DNA of 64,000 nucleotides from Candidatus Obscuribacteraceae bacterium (lineage in GTDB: Bacteria; Cyanobacteriota; Vampirovibrionia; Obscuribacterales; Obscuribacteraceae): contig JBGAHS010000007.1 of NCBI GenBank assembly GCA_044226015.1, forward strand, positions 64,001 to 128,000. The letters are read 5' to 3'. A model generated the notes under the pieces. That model was not told where the DNA came from. It ran no database searches and saw only the letters and a list, made by a program, of their open reading frames with translations. Positions 58,076 to 64,000 of this stretch are shown here, piece by piece. Each line of letters starts with the position of its first letter. The stretch's first letter is position 1. A program made the translations under genes and the position numbers.

Positions 58076-60070
58076 TTGCGTAATTCCAAAAAGGTTGTGC
58101 CGCTAATATCGTCTCTGCTGCTTTGCGCACAGGCGCCTATTGTTCTGGCGGAGAATTCAGCTGATTTGAGTGCTTCTGCGGTATCGACCAAGACCGGACC
58201 ATCCTCGACAGAGAAGAGCGCGGAGAAGAGCGCCTCAGGGAAGATCGCCACAGAGAAGGGCGCTGCTGGAAAAACTGCTTCGGCAAAAAGTTCTACGGAG
58301 AAGGGCGCCTCAGAAAAGAAGGGTGAGAGCACAAAGCACAATTCAAATTACAAAATGGCAGAGCCCATTGCTGACCCAGCTGGTTCGCCGACAAGAGTGC
58401 ATAGACCCGGCACAGATTCTGCTATGCCACCAACTGCACCATCAGCGGCAGCCAGTCAAAGTCCGATGCCTCTCTACACGGCACCAGCGAATCCTCCGGC
58501 GCGAGAACGTTTTCCCAGTGTGGGACAACTAGAGCAGCTAATGTTCGGGCACGCATCACCGCAAATAGTTGTGGACAATCGCCTTGATAAATTGGAATCT
58601 GCGATTTTTCAAAAGACTTATCCTGACCTCGACATTGAACAACGAATTAAGCGACTCAAAGATGTGGTCATCGGCGAGGAAAACAATCACAGCGCACCTC
58701 CAACAGGCACGCCATCTGGTATGCCTTCCGGCTCTGATTACTATTCGAGTGCCACACAGCGCCCTCCTGCGGCTGCCGAAACAGAGGCTCCCGACTCTCA
58801 ACCTAAGCCTCCTTTCTTTCCTAATTATGGACATTACGATTTAAATCAGGAACTCAGCGTTGCTGAGGCTGAAAAATTTGCAGTTGATGTTCTCAATGAA
58901 GTGCGTGCACAGCAGGGGTTGAGCGAAGTTCAGTGGGACGACATGGGCTTTAAAGTTGCAACTGAACAAGTGCAAGATTTGATCAAGCGAGAAGCTGTTT
59001 CACATCAAAATGCTGCGGGGCAAAACCCTGATGTTCGCTATTCAGGCGCTGGTGGAGCTGATTCACTAGTAGAAAGCACAATAATGTTTCCTCGTGCGGA
59101 AAATCTGAAGGTAACGCGCGACCTTGTGGTGAAGATGCTTGAGACTTTGTTCACACGGCAAGATGATCGTGAATGCTTGTTATTTCCGCATGCAAGCGGC
59201 TTCGCAATGTCATTCAGATGGACTCCATCAAAGCAAAAGTTGTTTTGCTGCACTGAGGTGGTGACCAAGCATGGGCAGATGGATCCCATCCCGCTTGAAG
59301 CCGTTGTTGGCGACAAGGTGGAGATAAAAGGAAATATCGAGGCGCCGTACAAGTTCCACAAAATAACTCTTGCTTGGGAGAGTTTGCCGCCACCACCTGC
59401 GGATGACGGTACAGAGGCGACTGAAGCCCTGCCTTATTTCCCTCCGTTGGATTATGAGGCTCACGCAATTAAATCAAATAGAGACTTCGATAAAGGTATT
59501 CGCATTCTTCAAATCGCAGGCATTACCGCTGCCATCGCGGGTGGTATCTTCATTCCTCCAGTTGCGCTGGCGGCTCCGTTAATCGCCGCATCTGTAGGAA
59601 CCAGCACTCCAAAGCCGGTCTCGGAAATTCCGGTAAAGGGTGGTGTCAAGACTGACGGAAATAGCTTCACTCATAGAGTTACACTAAACAATCAGGGAAA
59701 AGAAGGCATTTATTACCTTACGGTTTGGGCCCAGTCTTCCACTAATCCGAATGAGATTCTTCCAGTTTCACGAAGAGCCATCGTTGCGAAAAAGAGCGTG
59801 CTAAGCGAAGAGAAGGACGATAAGAAGTCAGACTCGGGCGTCAATTCTGATAACTCCTCGAAAGACACTAGTTCGGTGCAGAAAGCTGAAACAGATTCGC
59901 AATCTGACAAAGAATTTGATAAAAAAGAAAAGAAAGCCCGAAAGAAGGCGGCGAAGGAAGCTTCTAAACATAAAGAAGATAGCAAAGATATAGCTACCCC
60001 ACGAAGTGAACTCAAAAGTGAAGACCCAGCAAATGGCGAGGCTAAAAAAGATCAGGCAAGTGCACCTTAA
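58076..60070 (+). CDS. Secreted CAP/SCP-like domain protein
   Basis: Signal peptide; LNEVRAQQGL...SHQNAAGQNPDVRY resembles the CAP domain; low-complexity termini. Confidence 0.7.
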   Translation: MRNSKKVVPLISSLLLCAQAPIVLAENSADLSASAVSTKTGPSSTEKSAEKSASGKIATEKGAAGKTASAKSSTEKGASEKKGESTKHNSNYKMAEPIADPAGSPTRVHRPGTDSAMPPTAPSAAASQSPMPLYTAPANPPARERFPSVGQLEQLMFGHASPQIVVDNRLDKLESAIFQKTYPDLDIEQRIKRLKDVVIGEENNHSAPPTGTPSGMPSGSDYYSSATQRPPAAAETEAPDSQPKPPFFPNYGHYDLNQELSVAEAEKFAVDVLNEVRAQQGLSEVQWDDMGFKVATEQVQDLIKREAVSHQNAAGQNPDVRYSGAGGADSLVESTIMFPRAENLKVTRDLVVKMLETLFTRQDDRECLLFPHASGFAMSFRWTPSKQKLFCCTEVVTKHGQMDPIPLEAVVGDKVEIKGNIEAPYKFHKITLAWESLPPPPADDGTEATEALPYFPPLDYEAHAIKSNRDFDKGIRILQIAGITAAIAGGIFIPPVALAAPLIAASVGTSTPKPVSEIPVKGGVKTDGNSFTHRVTLNNQGKEGIYYLTVWAQSSTNPNEILPVSRRAIVAKKSVLSEEKDDKKSDSGVNSDNSSKDTSSVQKAETDSQSDKEFDKKEKKARKKAAKEASKHKEDSKDIATPRSELKSEDPANGEAKKDQASAP

Positions 60071-60089
60071 TTTATTTGAGAAGGGCAGA

Positions 60090-61187
60090 GTGAAGTCATT
60101 GTTTCTCCAGGCTGTCCTTCTGGCTGCGGGGACTTCTGTGTTATTGCCGCAACTGGTGCAGGCTGACCCCTGTCCAACTTGCCCGAAACGTGGGCCAGGG
60201 CTCGACCCTTATTCGACAGGAAATTCCTACAATCCGCTGGCGGCGCCATCTTTGCAGGGTGGTACCAACACGACAACTCTTCAAGCAGGTACTGGCTCTA
60301 CCACCCTTCAGGTCGGAACTGAGCAGACCTTGCTGCAGACCGGTACAACGGGCACTCTGCTGCAAGCAAATGTTCAACGTGATTCAAACCCCGTGAGCAT
60401 TCTGTTTTTGATTGACTCATCTAACAGTATGCGCGAAAAAATTCCAGGCACAGCTGGCGATAAAGACCCGAAAATGGAAGCCGCTAAGAAGGTTTTGCAA
60501 GAAGCGATTTCTCGAATTCCAAATGATGTCAGCCTTGGCTTGCGAGTATTTGGAAATAGCTTTAGAGGCGATTTCAGTGATTGTCAACAGTCAACACTTC
60601 TTGTGCCGATTCAGAAGAACAATCGGCGAGCCATAATTGAAGCAGCAAGAGGCATGATGCCTTACGGGTTAACGCCTTTGACTTATGCTTTGATGCAGGC
60701 TGAGCAAGACTTGCGCTATATTCAGGGGCAGAAGACTGTGATTCTGATATCTGACGGTGCTGAAACTTGCGGTGGAGACCCTTGTGCTTATATCGATCGG
60801 CTTTCTCGAATCGGCGTGAAAATGAAGATCGATATAGTTGGGCTCGGGCTGCGTAAGGACAAGGGCGCACAAGAGCAATTGAATTGCATAGCGCAAAAAT
60901 CTGGTGGCAAATATTATGATGCAAATTCTTCTGGTGAGTTAATCGATAGTATCACCAATAGTGTCAAGCAAGCTATTAGTGGTAAGGTGATTATTCGACT
61001 TGATTCACCAAAAATTCTGGATGGTGTGCCGGCAGACTTCGCCTTGCCCGGCGACAAGCCAGCTTCGGTGAAACCCGTCAGCCCCATTAAGCCAGAGACG
61101 GAAGAAACGAAGACGCAATTGAAGATGGATAAAAAGCCTGACGAAAAGCTTCCAGGCAAGCGCATTCCACTTGATGAGAATCCCTAG
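60090..61187 (+). CDS. Secreted von Willebrand factor type A (VWA) domain protein
   Basis: MIDAS DSSNS, TPL, ISDGAETCGGDPC; probable GTG start at 60090 (ORF track 60006). Confidence 0.88.
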   Translation: MKSLFLQAVLLAAGTSVLLPQLVQADPCPTCPKRGPGLDPYSTGNSYNPLAAPSLQGGTNTTTLQAGTGSTTLQVGTEQTLLQTGTTGTLLQANVQRDSNPVSILFLIDSSNSMREKIPGTAGDKDPKMEAAKKVLQEAISRIPNDVSLGLRVFGNSFRGDFSDCQQSTLLVPIQKNNRRAIIEAARGMMPYGLTPLTYALMQAEQDLRYIQGQKTVILISDGAETCGGDPCAYIDRLSRIGVKMKIDIVGLGLRKDKGAQEQLNCIAQKSGGKYYDANSSGELIDSITNSVKQAISGKVIIRLDSPKILDGVPADFALPGDKPASVKPVSPIKPETEETKTQLKMDKKPDEKLPGKRIPLDENP

Positions 61188-61307
61188 TCCGCTTACGCTG
61201 CATATTGATGCTGTTGCATACTGCTGGGTTTCGCAAGCTGGCACAACGCAAATTTCACGCTAAAGCGGGTAAGATTTGCTTGTGGCATATATTTTCCTGG
61301 AGGTCTC

Positions 61308-61691
61308 ATGAAAAGACAGGTTCTAGCTGTTGCTATTGGTCTCTGTTCGGTTTTTAGTGTTGGCGCGAGTTACGCCGCACATGACGCAAAGACGTGCTCT
61401 ACGACGTGTAAAGACTGCGCTGATGTCTGTCAAAAAGCTCTCGATTACTGCACAAAAAAAGGTGGCGCTCACGCAAAGGCTGCTCACGTCAACCTATTAA
61501 AGGATTGCATCACTATGTGCAAGACCAATTCTGAATTGCGCGGACGTGGGTCGAAAGTAGCTGATGAAACCTCCAAAATTTGCGCTCAGCTCTGCACCGA
61601 TTGCGCCAAGTCTTGTGAGGACTTGAAAGATTCCAAGCTGAAAGATTGTGTTGCCAGCTGCAAGTCCTGCGCTGATTGTTGTAGCAACTAA
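61308..61691 (+). CDS. Four-helix bundle copper storage protein (Csp/DUF326 family) with signal peptide
   Basis: 16 Cys in the mature part, mostly in CxxxC/CxxC spacing; GGAGG RBS. Confidence 0.85.
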   Translation: MKRQVLAVAIGLCSVFSVGASYAAHDAKTCSTTCKDCADVCQKALDYCTKKGGAHAKAAHVNLLKDCITMCKTNSELRGRGSKVADETSKICAQLCTDCAKSCEDLKDSKLKDCVASCKSCADCCSN

Positions 61692-61797
61692 TCTTCACGC
61701 TTATTCAAATTAACAAGCAGTTCAAACATTAAACGGAAACTTCCTGTAAAGTCATCGCGTTCCTGTTTCACGCGTCGATGACGGAAGGACCTTTTCC

Positions 61798-63894
61798 ATG
61801 TCTGCAAAGTTGATTAATCGAGCCGCGCTGAGCAAGTCGCTCAGTTCGGCTCTTATCTTGTCAATACTCTTGCCTCTGGCTGCAAGGGCAGATGAGGGTA
61901 TGTGGCTTTTCAACAATCCGCCGCTGAAAATTCTACAAAGCAAATACAAATTCGAGCCCAACGCTGGTTGGATGGAGCATTTGCAAAAGTCATCTGTGCG
62001 TTTCAATAGTGGTGGCTCTGGAAGTTTTGTTTCATCGAATGGTCTGGTGATGACTAACCACCACGTTGGTGCAGATTCCCTGCAGAAGCTCAGCCCGCCC
62101 GGGAAAGATTATTTGAACACTGGCTACTATGCCAAAACTAATTCCGACGAATTGAAATGTCCCGACCTCGAATTGAATGTTCTAATGGAAATAGAAGATG
62201 TCACCGCGAAGGTAAATGCAGCGGTGACAGAAGGCATGGCGGCTGCAGATGCGCAGAAAGCTCGTCGTGCCGCGATGAACACCATCGAAAAAGAATCGTT
62301 GGACAAAACAGGCTTGCGAAGCGACGTTGTGACTCTTTATCAGGGAGGACAATATCAGCTCTACAAGTTCAAAAAATATACTGATGTGCGTCTTGTTTTC
62401 GCTCCTGAAAAAGATATCGCATCATTCGGTGGTGACCCAGACAACTTCGAATACCCTCGATATGACCTGGACATTTGCTTCTTCCGTGTCTATGAAAATG
62501 GCAAGCCGGCAAAGATTCAACATTATTTGAATTGGAGCAAAGATGGTGCCGCCGATGGTGAATTGGTTTTTGTGTCGGGGCATCCTGGAAGTACAAATCG
62601 TTTGAACACAGTCAATCATCTCGTTTTCATTCGCGATGTTCTAATGCCATATAGATTGAATGACCTCGCTCGTCTTGAAGTTTTGCTGAAGACATATAGT
62701 GATCGCAAAAGTGAAAACGCACGACAGGCACAAGAAGATTTGCTTGGTGTACAAAATAGCAGAAAGGCGCGCCTGGGCGGTTTAGCTGGCTTGCAAGACC
62801 CCGCGTTAATTGCACAGAAAGCAAAGTCCGAACAAGAGCTTCGTGCTGCAGTAGCGAAGGATGATAAATTGGTTCGTGAGTGTGGAACCGCATGGGATGA
62901 GGTTGACTCTGCCTTAAAAGTGTGGAAAGACATCTTCATCGACCATCGCTTGTATGAAGCGCACACAGCGTTCAACTCAAGATTATTTGATATCGCGCGC
63001 ACCCTGGTGAGACTCTCGGAAGAATCTCAGAAACCCAATGCCGACAGGCTGCGTGAGTACAGAGAGTCAAATCTTGACTCTCTCAAGCTTGAGTTGCTTT
63101 CTGATGCGCCCATCTACCCTGAATTGGAAGTGACAACGCTCGCCAACTCACTCAGTATGCTCATGCAGGTCAAAGGCGGCGACAATGAGTTAGTGAAGAA
63201 AATATTGGATGGAAAGTCGCCGCAAGAGCGCGCAAGTGAATTGATTCGCCAGAGCAAATTGATTGAGGTCAGCGAAAGAAAGCGTCTTTCTGGAGAAAAA
63301 GATGCCGTTGCAAATTCCAAGGACCCTCTTATTGAATTCGCGAAGATGATTGACCCCACGGCAAGAGACTTGCGAAAAATGTACGAGCAAAAAGTGGAAG
63401 AAGGGCTTCGGCAGGCTTACGCCAAAATAGCAAAGGCGAAGTTCTCTATTCAGGGAACTAGCCAATACCCTGACGCTACATTCACCTTACGTTTAGCCTT
63501 TGGTGAAGTTAAGGGCTACAAGGAGTCCGGCACTGATGTGCCGCCATTCACAACTCTGGCAGGAACCTACGAACACGCTGCTGAGCACGGTAATCAGAAA
63601 CCGTTCGAGTTGCCACCATTGTGGATCAAGAAGAAGGACAAAATCGCTGGCAAGACTCCATTTAATTTCGTTTCCACTGCTGACATTATCGGAGGTAATT
63701 CGGGAAGTCCTGTAGTAAACACGAATGGCGAACTTGTTGGCATCATATTTGATGGCAACATTCAATCGTTGGTTTTGGACTTTGCTTACACTGATGTTCA
63801 GGCACGTGCTGTGTCTGTACATTCCAGCGCCATAAGGGAATCGCTTCAAAACGTCTATGAGGCAAAGGAACTAGTTGACGAATTAGGCCATTAG
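61798..63894 (+). CDS. S46 family dipeptidyl peptidase (DPP7/DAP BII-like)
   Basis: ADEGMW, TNHHV, FGGDPDNFEYPR, PDATFTLRL, DIIGGNSGSPV. Confidence 0.95.
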   Translation: MSAKLINRAALSKSLSSALILSILLPLAARADEGMWLFNNPPLKILQSKYKFEPNAGWMEHLQKSSVRFNSGGSGSFVSSNGLVMTNHHVGADSLQKLSPPGKDYLNTGYYAKTNSDELKCPDLELNVLMEIEDVTAKVNAAVTEGMAAADAQKARRAAMNTIEKESLDKTGLRSDVVTLYQGGQYQLYKFKKYTDVRLVFAPEKDIASFGGDPDNFEYPRYDLDICFFRVYENGKPAKIQHYLNWSKDGAADGELVFVSGHPGSTNRLNTVNHLVFIRDVLMPYRLNDLARLEVLLKTYSDRKSENARQAQEDLLGVQNSRKARLGGLAGLQDPALIAQKAKSEQELRAAVAKDDKLVRECGTAWDEVDSALKVWKDIFIDHRLYEAHTAFNSRLFDIARTLVRLSEESQKPNADRLREYRESNLDSLKLELLSDAPIYPELEVTTLANSLSMLMQVKGGDNELVKKILDGKSPQERASELIRQSKLIEVSERKRLSGEKDAVANSKDPLIEFAKMIDPTARDLRKMYEQKVEEGLRQAYAKIAKAKFSIQGTSQYPDATFTLRLAFGEVKGYKESGTDVPPFTTLAGTYEHAAEHGNQKPFELPPLWIKKKDKIAGKTPFNFVSTADIIGGNSGSPVVNTNGELVGIIFDGNIQSLVLDFAYTDVQARAVSVHSSAIRESLQNVYEAKELVDELGH

Positions 63895-64000
63895 ATTTTA
63901 CCTTCTCCTTACAGCATTCACAACCTTCTAACAATTTGCTTCGCTATCATCTCTCTCGTTAGATGAAAGTTGAATATGTATTAGCGTATTAGCAACCAGA

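Overview
Bacterial chromosomal window of about 50% GC. The protein repertoire (membrane Ser/Thr kinases, TPR-CHAT, many Pro/Gly-rich secreted proteins, S46 peptidase) suggests a non-photosynthetic Cyanobacteriota (Vampirovibrionia/Melainabacteria, Obscuribacterales-like) genome; this is inference only. The left 26 kb holds an unusual minus-strand type IV secretion system (T4SS) locus. One block has four secreted Pro/Gly-rich proteins (two are paralogs), a VirB2-like pilin and a 1388-aa VirB6-like protein. A second block has a Zn/TPR (DUF2225-like) gene, PrgI/VirB3, VirB4, a VirB8-like gene and a 1047-aa VirD4-like coupling protein. Between them lie a second DUF2225-like paralog and about 7 kb of orphan and decayed genes (Rhs remnant, HEXXH protein, bestrophin). 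No relaxase, integrase or VirB11 is visible in the window. Five intergenic regions that head these T4SS units each carry a tandem pair of a 14-bp TGGGA-N4-TCCCA-like palindrome spaced 20-21 bp apart, which suggests a dedicated regulon. The rest is mostly housekeeping and envelope genes: rarA, two kinases, a RelE/Phd toxin-antitoxin pair, uvrC, radA, lgt, GT87, a diverged glpD, a CHAT protein lacking its catalytic dyad, marR, pgeF, CAP, VWA, a copper storage protein and an S46 peptidase. Several intergenic tandem repeats are present. No tRNA, rRNA or CRISPR array was seen.
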